Of a DNA stretch of 64,000 nucleotides, positions 11,798 to 24,312 are shown piece by piece (position 1 is the stretch's first letter; every line of letters starts with the position of its first letter). The notes under the pieces are model-generated. The model was not told the DNA's origin. It worked only from the letters and a program-made list of their open reading frames with translations, and did not search any database. The DNA is from Eledone cirrhosa. Lineage: Eukaryota. Location of the stretch: NCBI GenBank assembly GCA_964016885.1, contig OZ024755.1, positions 23,064,001 through 23,128,000 on the forward strand. The letters are read 5' to 3'. The position numbers were made by a program, and so were the translations under genes.

Positions 11798-13833
11798 TGG
11801 CTGCCAACTCGTTTTCGAGTACGGCCACTACTTTATATCCATGTAGGAGAACCCTTACGGATGCGTTGAACGAGTGTGGCTTTTTAGTCCAGCCAGCGAC
11901 TTGAAAACTCTGGTACAAACACTACACTTGTGACAATTATTGACACCTAGTGCTGGGCCCATGGTACCATGTGACCCAATGTGTCGTGTGAGATCACTAC
12001 TCACCCTGCATACCCTTCCACAAACAGCACATGTCGTCGTCTGATGAACACTTATAGCTCCTCAGGTGACTCTTTAGACCTGCCATGCTCAGACAAACCC
12101 TATTACAGGTCTCACATGTCAGGTCAGGCCGTCTGTCAGTGCCTTCGGGAAGGCCAACATGGATTCCTTTCCGGACATCTCTTTTTAGTGTCGCGTGCCT
12201 TCTTCTTGTTTCCTCAAATAGACTCTTGCCACTAGCCACTGCTTTCCTCCAATGCGATCGGTCGCTAGCGCATGCTTCCCAGTGCTCACAAGGGATGTTA
12301 CTTTTCTTGAGCGCTCCCTTGATGCAGTCCTTAAAACGCATCTTGAGTTTGCTCGCGTTCCTTTTTCCCATTTGGAGCTCGCCATAAAGCAGCTGCTTCG
12401 GCATTCGCTTGTCATTCATCCTTACAAGATGGCCTGTCCAGCGCAGCTGATGTTTCAAAATCAAGGACTCGACACTCTCACAGCTACTTCTGTCCAGAAC
12501 CTCGACGTCACTGACAAACATTTGCCAAGTTATGCCGAGGATCCGACGTAAGCAGTACTGCTGGAACCTCTCAAGTCGCTTCATCTGTCTACGGTAGACC
12601 ACCCACGTCTCACAAGCATAAAGAAGTGCCGCGAGCACACACGCATGATACACTTTGAGCTTTGTCTTTACCTAAATTCCAGTTTTCCAAAAGCATCACT
12701 GGCTTTCTGTATCCTGTTTGATATTTCCCCATCAAGATAGCAGGACATACTCAGAGTGCTTCCAAGATATACAAAAGTGTCAACGACCCTTAGCCGTTCA
12801 CCATAAACCAAGATGTTGGGCTCACAACATGGCTTCCCAGGGGCTGATGGGTCATGGCTACTGTCTTTTTTCAGGGTTATGGTAAGTCCCAATGCAGTAC
12901 ACGCATTAGAAAATGCATCCATGAGATGCTGCATATCAATCTCAGTGTGCCTGATTAGTGACAAGTGAACCTTTGACTTAGCATTGAACCTCCTGGTATT
13001 AAACAGCTTTCCAGTTGATCGATAGCGAACACATATACCATGATTGTCTTCGAACAGGCCTTCGGGAACTGCAATGGAGAAGTACAAAGCAAAGAGCGTT
13101 GGAGCTGGAATGTCACCCTGTTTGACTCCATTCTCGACCATCACTGGCTCAGAGAGCTTTCCACCAACATTAACCCATGCCTTCATGCCATCATGGAACA
13201 AACGCAAAATGGAAACAAACTTCTCAGGGCACCCCAGCTTCCTCAAGATATCCCATAAAGCCTTTCTGTTGACCGTGTCAAACGCCTTTGTAAGATCAAC
13301 AAACACCTGGTAGAGATCCACATTCTGCTCAACACACTTTTCCTGCAGTTGTCTGGCTGTAAAGATCATGTCCACAGTGCCACGCCCAGCCCGAAAGCCC
13401 GATTGCGACTCTGGTAGAGCTTCATCAGCAATGTGGAGCAATAGACGGTCCAACAGAATTCTACAGAGAACTTTGCCGACAACAGACAACAGTGATATCC
13501 CACGATAGTTTCCGCAGTCATCCCTGTCTGCCTTCTCCTTGTACAAAACAACCATCACAGCATCCTTCCAGTCATCGGGAACATGATTGTTGTTCCAGGC
13601 ATCCAGAACCAAAGAATGAAGTCGGTGCAAGAGATTCTCTCCACCATGCTTCAAGATCTCAGCATACAGCCCATCCAATCCGGACGACTTCCCACCATTG
13701 AGTTTCCAGACAGCACTTTTAACCTCCTCGATCGTTGGAGGCTCAGCAAGGATTTCCTTTACTGGCTTATCAGGTATGGACCTGATAAACTCTTCGTCAA
13801 CCTCTGAATCCCTATTGAGAAGCTCGTCAAAGT
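11795..13833 (-). mobile_element. 5'-truncated RTE-clade LINE inserted in (TA)n
   Basis: RT motifs GKSSGLDG, NYRGISLL, QSGFR, FVDLTKAFDTV and GVKQGD; C-terminal LRWTGHLVRM, PKQLLYGEL and a C2H2-like finger; ~200-bp 3' UTR; (TA)n on both sides. Confidence 0.95.
11997..13833 (-). pseudogene. RTE reverse transcriptase pseudogene (frameshifts; catalytic ADD motif deleted)
   Basis: ORFs 12668-13891 and 11997-12653 are in different frames. The protein reads SLIR-HTEIDMQ where (Y/F)ADD is expected. Confidence 0.9.
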
Positions 13834-13949
13834 TGATATATATATATATATATATATATACATACACATACATACATACATACATACCCATTGTCAGTTA
13901 ACCGTTGAGGTCTATATTTTGGGTATGTCATCTTATACATCAAATATTG

Positions 13950-14009
13950 TATTTTATCAGATGAAAGCATACTATAATTTAGTATCTTTGAAATATGTAT
14001 AGTAAAATA
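13950..14009 (+). ncRNA. Hammerhead-like motif, family F (core CAGAUGA)
   Basis: TATTTTAT-CAGATGA-aag c ATACTA/TAGTAT c ttt-GAAATATGTATA-GTAAAATA; homologous to the 31864 and 33641 copies. Confidence 0.7.
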
Positions 14010-14052
14010 AATATGATGCTATAGTGATATATTTTCCATTTATTGCTATTGT

Positions 14053-14142
<90 letters not shown>

Positions 14143-14147
<5 letters not shown>

Positions 14148-14560
14148 TAAACGGAATAGAAAATGCTGACAAATTGTTCACAGTTGAAAAATGGTTTAAT
14201 TAGGAATAAAAGAGTATTAGTGATGGTATGGGTTAGTATTCAGTTGTGGTTTTAAGTTTTTAAGTTTTTACCGGTTGCGCATTTCTAAATGCTTTTCAAA
14301 AATAATTTTGAGATAGAGTGTCCGTGTTGTTTGAGCAAACAACACGGACACTCTATCTCAAAATTATTTTTGAAAAGCATTTAGAAATGCGCAACCGGTA
14401 AAAACTTAAAAACTTAAAACCACAACTGAATACTAACCCATACCATCACTAATACTCTTTTATTCCTAATTAAACCATTTTTCAACTGTGAACAATTTGT
14501 CAGCATGTTCTATTCCGTTTACCAATATATAATAACTTGTGTGTTACACCTCTATTCTTT

Positions 14561-14564
<4 letters not shown>
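14143..14564 (+). mobile_element. Fold-back element in (TA)n, family E: ~190-bp arms, 2-nt loop, ~35-nt tail
   Basis: 14143-14333 is the reverse complement of 14336-14526 with about one mismatch. Confidence 0.92.
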
Positions 14565-14598
<34 letters not shown>

Positions 14599-14696
14599 GT
14601 GTGTGTGTGTATAAAAGGTAAACAGAAATAACAACACAATCGGTAAAGTATATGAGAGGGATATATTAGGTCAACGCTTGATATAGCAGGAAGAGG

Positions 14697-14733
14697 GTTT
14701 TAACGTTTCGGACGCTCGTCCTTCATCAGAAGA
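14697..14733 (-). ncRNA. Minimal type I hammerhead motif in a PLE-like pseudo-LTR, family G (element ~14612-14740)
   Basis: Minus strand: CTT-CTGATGA-A-GGAC-gagc-GTCC-GAAACGTTA-AAAC, with a palindromic stem III. Downstream sequence is homologous to 35027-35101, 8236-8320 and 15140-15195. Confidence 0.8.
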
Positions 14734-16589
14734 AAGAATGAGAAATAAGATAGATTAAGGGGACGGGCGGGATGGAATTGGAAAAAATATCTTTAGATAA
14801 AAATAACAGGTCCATTCATGTTGACATCTCATGTGTAATCTGAGTTTTTCGAATATTAATAATAACATTCGATTCGTTTGCAATTATGCAAACAAGCCTC
14901 ATTTTTAAATCCATGTCAGTAGAATGAACCCTTCATTCTTGCTCTTGTGTTGGCATGGAAACAGAACTGCAGACACTAATGTTACATTAGTACAACTCAC
15001 TGTTCACCTGCCAACTGTCAGAGCTAGTGAAAATATATGCTATTTTCTAAAATATACAGTGACTGATCGGCCTGATTAGCATATTAGCAGACTGGCTGAT
15101 CAGTCAGATCTTCATATTAGCAGATATATATATGTATGTAAAAGATAAACAGAAATAACAACACAATCGGTACAGTATATGGAAGGGATATTATATAAAG
15201 TTACAACAGTAACATATACAGATACTCAAATTTCGTTGGGTTATGCACCCTAAATCATTTAGTCTGTTATATACAAAGATGGCTACTCTTACGGTTGGCT
15301 GGAGCTTTTTAGAAAAAATACGAGATAATTTCGAAATTAGCTATAAATAGTAACTATCAAAACAAAAATCCCAAATGCAGGGAACTTGTGCTAAGCTAGT
15401 ATTTCAAAGAAATCAAATTCCTTGAAATTCAAATTAGTTAATCAAGTCTACCATTTTCTCAGAATTAATTTTGCTTCGTGTGAACAGCGGCTAATATATA
15501 CAGTTAATATAAAGAATGGTGTGCTCGTGCACAGCGTCTCCGCTTTTATTTGAAAGCTACTACAATGTGAATTAGACGGTAAATGTTTAAAATATAACAA
15601 CGATGCCGGGGTGTTATCTTGCAGTTTCTTATAGGTCCTTACACGTCAGGATTAAGTCCATCCACAAAAAGATCAAGAGAAGAAACCAGTTTGGCGCTAT
15701 ATAATTTTGATATTTACCATCCAATTCACATTGTCGTAACTTTCAAATGAAACACCATTTTCTAGAATTTACACAAAGCTTCAAGCAAACTGCAGCAACC
15801 TCGTAGGGAACATACTTAAACAATGGAACGCAGTCAACTTGAAGAATGAAGCACTAAAAAAGATATGCACTAAAAAAGATATGTAATGAATTATTAAATC
15901 GGATGAAACAAGCGTATGAAAGGAGCGAAAATCTGGTGGAGACATATGGGGGAAAAAAATGGAAAAAAGCCGAGAGCAAGTTAATTTTCCACACGAATTT
16001 CGTGTCAAAGAAATTAGATCAGAAGCAAACGAGGAAACTAAAATCAAAATAAACTTCTCATTTTAGAAGTTTGTAGCAGAAACTAATTTTTAATTATTAT
16101 AAAATAATAATTTAAAAAAAATAAAATAAAATAAAAAAATTACAAATTCTACAAATTTGAAGCCATGATGCAGGAGGAAGAAACTGCTGAATGAATGAAT
16201 AAAAAAAATGCGAGAAAAAAATTAGATTTATAGAAAGTCGTACAACGTGAAGAAATTAACTCAAAATGAAAATTAGAATCGAAACCTTCGTGATTACAGG
16301 AATAATCAAAACAAGATGGTATAAATCTATTAGAACCACATTAATAAACCAAGCAAGATGGTATAATTACACTAACGGTACATCAACTAGGAGCCTTCTT
16401 TCCGAGATGATAGAACAAAAAAACAAATCACTCCATAAAATAGATCACAAAGCAAAAATTGTTTTTGGGTAGCGGTTGTTTCCGGCAAAATCGGCAGAAA
16501 ACATTAAATGTTTGTAAATTTTAGAAAATGTTGAATCAACCGATCCGAACGAAGGCAATAAATTTATATAACAAATATTTTTATAACTT

Positions 16590-17480
16590 TACAACAGAAA
16601 ATATAATATGGATTTAAATTTATAACAGATCTAATTAAAGATATTCATGAATCTAGTAGAAAACTTCGACTACGGGAATCTTTTCAAAATGTAGATCAAT
16701 CACTTGTGAAAAACAAAATGAGATTTTGAGCAATATATAACACATCTGCAAAGACCAGCAAATCTAAATATATAAAACCATATAAAATCATAAAATATAT
16801 ATTATATGAAACCATATAAAACTAGATAAGATGTATACCATATAAAACCATATAAAATCATATAAAATCATATAAAACATATACCTTAAAACACCAAATA
16901 TTACAAAGTAAGAACAAAAAACATTGGAAGAACTACAGAATGATTTTCCGCTATTGATTAATGAATCTGACAAAGGAGGAGCTATTGTAATAATTGTTTC
17001 TACTTTTGGCACGAGGCCAGCAATTATCCCAGTGCATTACTGGTACTTTATTTTATCGACCCTGTAAGGATGAAAGGCAAAGTTAACCTCAGCGGGATTT
17101 GAACTCAGACCATAAAGGGCCGTAACTCTTTGCTGCGAAGCATGGCATCCGACCCTAATGGACAGCTCTTACTATAAAGAAATGCTCTTAGAACAATTAA
17201 ATAATCGTTTCTGATTTAGGCAGAACGCCAACAATTTTTGGGGAGGGGAAATTCGATTAAATCGATCCCAATGCGTTACTGGTACTTAATTTTATCGACC
17301 CTGTAAGGATGAAAGGCAAAGTTAACCTCGACGAGATTTGAACTCAGAACGTAAAAAGCCGTAACTATATGCCGCAAAGCATGTCCGACGTTCTACCAAT
17401 ACTGCCAATCCACAGCCCCGAGAACAATTACACAATGAATTTTTCTCAAAGAATTAGAAACCAACGCAGATAAATATACA
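16590..17480 (+). pseudogene. Degraded Penelope-like (Neptune-type) ORF, pre-RT region, interrupted by two SINEs
   Basis: Manual translation gives DLIKDIHESSRKLRLRESF and PNITK*EQKTLEELQNDFPLLINESDKGGAIVI-[SINE]-MDSSYYKEMLLEQL, matching the PLE (A/S)DKGG motif. It may extend upstream to ~15300. Confidence 0.75.
16990..17420 (-). mobile_element. Two SINE insertions (16990-17156; 17201-17420)
   Basis: SINE cores on minus. The second has the TSD AGAACAATTA at 17191-17200 and 17421-17430. Confidence 0.9.
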
Positions 17481-17616
17481 GAGTTTGATAATGTAATACA
17501 TTCAACTGTTAGGATACAATTAGCTATATATTGTTTCACCGACCACAGTGTTCAAATATTTCTCGGGATACATCAATTCTTTCATATTATATTTTGAGCG
17601 TTTCGAATTAATAAAA

Positions 17617-18174
17617 CTAGCAGAAAAACCACCTACGGGTGGTTTTCTGCTAGCATGTGTAGTGTGTATATTGATATACACAAATATATATGTATGTAGA
17701 TATGATACATCAAATAATATCGTAATTGACAATATACACAGAAATTGAACGAAGTCTATGTTACACTGTCTTATGTAATCAGTAACGTAATCCATGATAC
17801 ATTTAAAAAAAGACGATATTATATATAAACTGCATTAGGAGAACAGTAGCGACGGAAATATATGCGATTATAAGTGTTATAATATAACTGCCGCTAACCG
17901 GAAGTGTTGACATTTGAAAATTTTAAAGAAGTGAATTTTAAAGGTCTTTAAATAAGCTATAAAATATATTTAATCAACAGCCACGAAATTTAGCACATAA
18001 ATTATGTAATATTCATTCATTATAAAGTACCAGTAATGCACTGGGTAATTGCTGGCCTTGTGCCAAAAGTAGAAACAATTATTTAATCAAAGTAATCCAA
18101 CTTATTTTACAAACGGGGTAAACAAAAAATATTCTGGACGCAGTCCCGCACTCCTTTCTTTATTATAGTTAAGA
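17617..18174 (-). mobile_element. Non-autonomous Helitron
   Basis: Minus strand reads A|TCTTAACTATAATA...hairpin...CTAG|T. Terminal palindrome at 17617-17653; SINE tail inserted at ~18022-18085. Confidence 0.6.
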
Positions 18175-18329
18175 TTTTTATCAAATGTGGTGGGTTTTTT
18201 GTGTGCCCCCCCCCCCCCCTCTACGATTATTTGGTAAACTGCGGATTGAGACAATTTACTTTTCATACAATATATTTACCTCTATATGTTCAGCTTACTT
18301 CTACAGTTCAGGAAAACTTTTTTTTTTTT

Positions 18330-18720
18330 AAAGTACCGAGATTTATGGAATCTGTGTGTTCTGTTAAGACATGTGTTAGAATTTTGCGCTGAATACTTCG
18401 GCTTTGTAAATATGTTCAGATATCTTGTGTAAATGCTGCGCTCTGGTACATCCGGTACATGTGTTTTTAGCACGTGCAAGATAACATATAAACAACTTTG
18501 TTTTGTTTTTTTCAAACGAGATAACTGAATGCTGTCTGGCAACCTGTTCTTGGATCTGTTCTTTGATCTTTGATCTGTTGATATTGTACTGTCTGTGAGT
18601 GTAACAATGGTAACAAGGAGACAAGACCTCTTTCTGCAGCATCTTAAACGATTTTCCATCCGTTCACCGTTGTATGGCAGGTGGATATAGATCCAGTTTG
18701 TGTTTTTCTTGTTGTCTACG
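18330..18720 (-). pseudogene. Degraded Penelope-like thumb/GIY-YIG endonuclease remnant
   Basis: Across frames: WIYIHLPYNGE...NKVVYMLSCTC*...TGCT...LHKISEH, resembling PLE LPYxG and VVY-x-C-x-C...Y-G-T...R-EH motifs. Confidence 0.55.
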
Positions 18721-19629
18721 TATCACTTCGTCTATTGTCTTCTCTTTCTAATACAGTCTTTCTTTCGTTCTCTTTCTGCCTTCCGCTGCTACTGTATCAG
18801 TTGCTATCGACAACATTAGTTTTAGGTGTCTTATGACTGCTGCTTTCTGTGTCGTTATTGACCTAATTGACCTAATTAGATGAACTTCTAACGTACTTTC
18901 GTTTTTCATAGCACAGTCTTTAACGTCAAGCGAACGACCTCTCTCCGAATCTTTTCCCTACAGAGCTTTCCCGTGGAGCCTCAATCATTCTACAAAATAT
19001 TGTCTTATAGCTTCGAGAAGACGGGTATCTCTCCGAATCTTTTCTGTACAGGGCTTACTAGTGGGTCCACGTCCCACCCGTGCATGCAGCGTATCAGTTG
19101 GTCTATTGTTACGTCGTATTTTAAAAGTTCTGGGTATACGGAATCGAAGTGGGGAAAGACACCATTCATCGCTTCTTTTTTTTCGTTTTTTTTTTTTTCT
19201 TGCAGAACTGAATTTTGCATCGTTCTGAAGGGACGGATGTAGTGAAGACGTGTAGACTTAGAGACCCATCCGTTATTAGAGAAACGATATCAAACTTAAT
19301 GTGAAGGGGTTTTTAAGGTCTCTCCTGTATTTTTGTGGCCTCAGCTCTCGAAAGGGTCAATCAAGGATGTCATGATGTATCACAGGTACGGCGTAATGTG
19401 TCGTTCGGAGTGAAGTGTCACGTGCTCTTGATCGTCCGGTGTTAAGATGGCCAGCAACTTGGTAGGTTTCGATACCATCGAAGTCTGTGGTGATTTATTA
19501 CTATTCTGGTTGCGTATCACGTTATAGATCAATCTGTCTTCAATATTTTCTTTTGAATTGATTATATACAGTATAATTATAATTTGAACTTTACTATTTT
19601 AGTTGGTCTATATAATAATATTTACACAT

Positions 19630-20285
19630 TTTGTGAAGGTCTGAGGCTTAGTCTGAAGAAGACCAAAGTACTGGGCCAAGGCGTCAAGTAACCCCCTGTC
19701 ATTACCATCAACAACTACGAGCTGGAGGTAATCCATGAATTCATCTATCATCACGGACAATCTCCCCGTGGACTCCGAGATCAGCAGGAAAGTTAGATGA
19801 GCAACTTACACATTCGCCAGGCTGACTAAGAGAGTCTTAAATAATGAAAAACTGACCATAAATAGCAAGATACAGAACGTGCATTCTCAGCACACTATTT
19901 TACGGCAGCGAGACATGGAGCCATTATTCCAGACAGGAGCGGTGTCGCAATATCTTCCACTTTCGTAGCCTGGGATGCATTCTGGACATCAAGTGAACCA
20001 ACCAAATCACCAACACTGACATCTCAATTGCGCCAAGGTACCCGGCATATTCACCTCAAACAACGCCGTTGCGTTAGCTAGACCACGTACATTGTATGCT
20101 GGATAGGAGGATTCTGAATGACTTACTGTGTGGGGAAATGGCCACCGACACAACAGCACAAGGACAACGTCTTCGTTACGAAGACGTCTGCAAGAAGGAT
20201 ATAAAGTCAATAGATCTGGACGTCCAGAAATGGGAAGAGATAAAAAATGATCGCTCACGCTGGAGACGAGTGCTTACGCTGTACT
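19630..20285 (+). pseudogene. Old RTE LINE 3' fragment
   Basis: GLRLSLKKTKVLGQ...ITINNYELEVIHEFIY, LFYGSETW, LLCGEMA and RLRYEDVCKKDIK...DRSRWR, with stops and frameshifts. Confidence 0.85.
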
Positions 20286-20938
20286 TTGACTAAGTAAATT
20301 AGTCTATTGGTTGGGATTTTAAAAAACCCCACAGAATGGAAAAAAGGGATGAACATTGACATACATGGGAGACGAACCCACACTTAAAACACTCAGTTAT
20401 GACACCAGCCTAAACAAATAATACTGTCCTAAAATCTCCTTAAATTAAACCCCGTGAAAGACGTATGATCATATGTACTCTGGTTGTGACCAGCTCGTTC
20501 TTTTGACCTAGGCCTATCTATGATTATATTATCTGATGTACTAATTTCCTGATCTAAGTAGGATGTAATTTGAAAAAGATTCAGTTACTATTTACAAAAG
20601 GCTTGGAGACACCTACGAGGTTTCCAAGTTGATTAACACTTAACATCATATAATGATTTCACGAAAAAAAAATCTAAAAACATCTTACTTAATTCATTTG
20701 TTTATTTTTTAGCGCTGTAAAAAATGTGCGTCCATTTTTTATTTAAAAAAAAATAAACATCTCGCTTTCGACGGCCGATGACCAGGATGCTTTTTGTATT
20801 ATTTATATTCTCTCTCCCTCTCTCTCCCTCTCTCTCTTGCTCTCTCTTTCTCTTGCTCTCTCTTTCTCTATATATATACGATATATATATATATATATAA
20901 TTGTTTCTACTTTTGGCACAAGGCCAGCAATTACCGAG

Positions 20939-21018
20939 TGTAAATATTTAATTTCTGATGATTTCTGCCGAATGAAGCACTTCTAGTTCCGTAAAAGCCA
21001 TTCCTCTCTCTCTCTTTG

Positions 21019-21068
<50 letters not shown>

Positions 21069-21175
21069 AAAGAGAGAGAGAGAGAGAGAGAAATGGCTTT
21101 TACGGAACTAGAACTGTTTCATTCGGCAGAAATCATCAGAAATTAAATATTTACATTCTGCTTTGTATTGAGTTA
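20939..21175. repeat. Inverted repeat around a (TA)n loop with a degenerate hammerhead-like motif
   Basis: 20939-21020 matches 21065-21156 in reverse complement; contains CTGATGA-tttctgccgaat-GAAACAGTTC. Related pieces lie at 21260-21322, 30175-30285 and 33850-33945. Confidence 0.65.
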
Positions 21176-21182
21176 TACATAC

Positions 21183-21248
<66 letters not shown>

Positions 21249-21809
21249 ATGTATGTTTGTCCCTGGTTCAATCGGGGGTAAGTAAGGTACTCAATACAAA
21301 ACAGAGTATAAATATTTAATTAAATATAAATATTTTATATATATTATATTATATTATATTATATTATATTATATTGAAGAACATTTCTTCTTAGACTTTG
21401 GTTTTAGAAATTATTCACATACACCACCGTAACTTACCAGCTAGATGGGTAGGGTGATATATAATTTAATGTAATACAATTGTAAACCTGTAACCGGTGA
21501 CAAAGACAAGGAGTTTAAAGCGACAGACAGTGAATCTATATACTATTTAGTAAATAGATTCCAGTGTAGGTGTGCGTGTCAGTCGTGAATATTTGAGTTT
21601 GTCTCTGTTTGCTTAGTTCCAAGTCGGCCTTCACTTCATCGAGTGCACGTATGATCATACCAGCTGTGAATATACAGGTAGCTATTTTTATTTTATTTTA
21701 TTTTTTTTTTTTTTTGCCAGAAGCGTGAGGAAGTCGCTTCTGGCTTCGAGATGAGTTGTGGAAATAACATAAGAAATAACCCCATCAGAACAGAATGGTT
21801 TAGGAATTC

Positions 21810-21960
21810 TCTTTATAGTAATTAAATCTCGTGTTCAATCCCACTGCGTGGCATCTTGGGCAAGTGTTATTTAGTATAGCTTTGGGTTGACCCGTGTCTT
21901 GTGAGTGAAATTGGATAGATAGAAACTGTTTGGAAGCCATGAGAGTTACGTGGAATGCTC
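21810..21960 (+). mobile_element. Degenerate CORE-type SINE
   Basis: GTTCAATCCCACTGCGTGGCATCTTGGGCAAGTG. Related minus-strand remnants lie at ~11165-11300 and 28190-28780. Confidence 0.65.
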
Positions 21961-23096
21961 AATCACTAACATTTTATAATAATTTCATGAGCAAGCTATT
22001 TCGTTGATCAGCTGAAACACTCACCGTCGGAACTCCATTTGGTTTCTTTACTTGGAATTATAGCACCTAAGATGTCACCGAGTCATGGGCACAATGTTGA
22101 GGCCATGCTCTCCCCCCTTCTCTCCCCAGCAGTCTCGAAGGTTCTGGACAAGGTCAGAGGCACTGATCTAACCTCACTCCCTGAAGATTTGGAAGCCCCA
22201 AAAAGGGTCTTGGTCATCTATATTTTCTCTCTACCCACTCTCGGGGGACCTAGAAAGGATTATGGGAACTGACCCACTCTCTCACTAGCCTTGGGGACCT
22301 TGAGAATGGTTATGTGCACTGCTTCGCCTTCCCAGCAGTTTTGGAGGCCTTAAAAACGGTCATGGAAAAATCTAATTTAAGAGAAAAATGATCGTAGTAC
22401 CGTACAGCAAAAAGAACTTCGTTAAAGGCACCAGAAGTAAGCGGAGCTGCTGTTAAACTGGACCACATAGAGAAGGTCATGCCAGTTGTTGTTGTTTTTA
22501 TTTGTGGTAGGAGTGGTGGTAATGGTGGCGTTGCTGCTGTGGTACTGGTGGTGGTGGTGGTAATAATAAAAGCCCCAGGTCAGCCGTGACTGAGCAATCA
22601 TACGCTCAAATGCTTTCCAGTCTAGACCAAGTCATTTCTTCATATAACGTTTAACGAGGCTCTACATTAAATGACCTTGTTTTTTTTTCTTATTGTATAG
22701 AAGATATAAATTTAGAGAAACTTTGGCTACTATTTCTAGCAAGGCCATGTACAGCGTCGGAGTGGACGGGGTTCCCGTTAACTCATACATATGTTGGTTA
22801 TATTAATACACATGCTTGGCACATTATATAGTAGTGATATGTTACTTGTAAACAAACATATCACATCACACATACGACACTGAGATTTGAGGGGAGGAGA
22901 GCATAAAAGAAAAAAAAAACAGCGTACGCACACACATTACACACCCCCATGCTGACACACATAAAACATGTGTGCACATTAACAAAATGAATAGCATGGA
23001 TGTAAATGCAGACAGTGGTTCAACATGGGCATAGTGAACTGGCTGGAACTAGTAAACGAATATAATGTATGTGTGTATGTATGTATGTATGTATAT

Positions 23097-23147
<51 letters not shown>

Positions 23148-23152
<5 letters not shown>

Positions 23153-24245
23153 CGAAGGGTATAGTAAGATATTGTTAGATGGATTAACATGATTGTTAGA
23201 TGTAATAAGAATAAAGATTTAGTTTATATATAATGGTTTACTTCACTTCAGTCAAAAAGAAGAATAATCAAGTTACCACGAGTTGCGAAGGTTGACAATG
23301 TTATTTTGTTGTTGATGTGAAAACAGCAAGCGACCAGATAAAGTTTGTTGCTGGCTGCAGTCCGTGGTAGTAGTTCTCGTCGTGAGTCTGGTTTAGTCTG
23401 CGACCAAGAGAGAGAGAGGGTAATGGGCTGTAATTGACTGTAGACCACTGGGACCTGTAGATAGCGGTGAATCCTTACATAGCTGGTCTGTATGTCTGTA
23501 GACCACTGGGACCTGTAGATAGCGGTGAATCCTTACATAGCTGGTCTGTATGTCTGTAGATAGCGGTGAATCCTTACATAGCTGGTCTGTATGTCTGTAG
23601 ACGTCTGTATGTCTGTAGATAGCGGTGAATCCTTACATAGCTGGTCTGTATGTCTGTAGACGTCTGTATGTCTGTAGATAGCGGTGAATCCTTACATAGC
23701 TGGTCTGTATGTCTGTAGACGTCTGTATGTCTGTAGATAGCGGTGAATCCTTACATAGCTGGTCTGTATGTCTGTAGACGTCTGTATGTCTGTAGATAAC
23801 GGTGAATCCTTACATAGCTGGTCTGTATGTCTGTAGACGTCTGTATGTCTGTAGATAGCGGTGAATCCTTACATAGCTGGTCTGTATGTCTGTAGACCAC
23901 TGGGGCCTGTAGATAGCGGTGAATCCTTACATAGCTGGTCTGTATGTCTGTAGACCACTGGGACCTGTAGATAGCGGTGAATCCTTACGTAGCTGGTCTG
24001 TATGTCTCTAGACCACTGGGGCCTGTAGATAGCGGGGAATCCTTACATAGCTGGTCTGTATCGTAGTGCTCCGATCTCTCTGTGTGTAAGGTGGGAAAAT
24101 ATAGGCTATATATACCTGTCGCTTTCGGTCTCCCACCTTGAGGGAATAGCCCACGCACGAACCTGTTCACACCAAAAGGGTGGTGACCTAGAGTTTGACC
24201 TTTAGGTGTCACCCAAGGTTCAAGGTGTGGACAGATTTCGCTACA
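23148..24245 (-). mobile_element. Probable solo LTR with internal minisatellite, inserted in (TA)n
   Basis: Termini TATAACGAA / TTCGCTACA form an inverted TG..CA-type pair with one end mutated; TATA-like sequence at ~24107. Confidence 0.6.
23440..24060. repeat. Modular tandem repeat (~41-58 bp units, ~11 copies)
   Basis: Core GTAGATAGCGGTGAATCCTTACATAGCTGGTCTGTATGTCT with an optional 17-bp module, GTAGACCACTGGGACCT or GTAGACGTCTGTATGTC. Confidence 0.95.
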
Positions 24246-24265
24246 TATATATAAACACACACACG

Positions 24266-24312
24266 CACTGTAATCCCCCGCTATGTCGCGGTTCACATTT
24301 CGCGGGCCTGCG
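24266..24312 (+). mobile_element. Tigger/pogo-like TIR remnant
   Basis: CTGTAATCCCCCGCTATGTCGCGGTTCACATTTCGCGG resembles the CAGTAATCCC-type termini of pogo/Tigger MITEs. Confidence 0.5.

Noticed and set aside
14143-14526. Fold-backs as sequencing chimeras
   Set aside because: Arms carry mismatches and independent copies share end points but differ at the apex. An artefact is unlikely but not excluded without reads.
18925-19220. Minus-strand segment with two KRFGE repeats (neuropeptide-like)
   Set aside because: The two repeats are in different frames separated by stops, and there is no signal peptide or splice support.
23440-24060. Repeat-spacer-like organisation
   Set aside because: The intervening modules are only two recurring sequences derived from the repeat itself.
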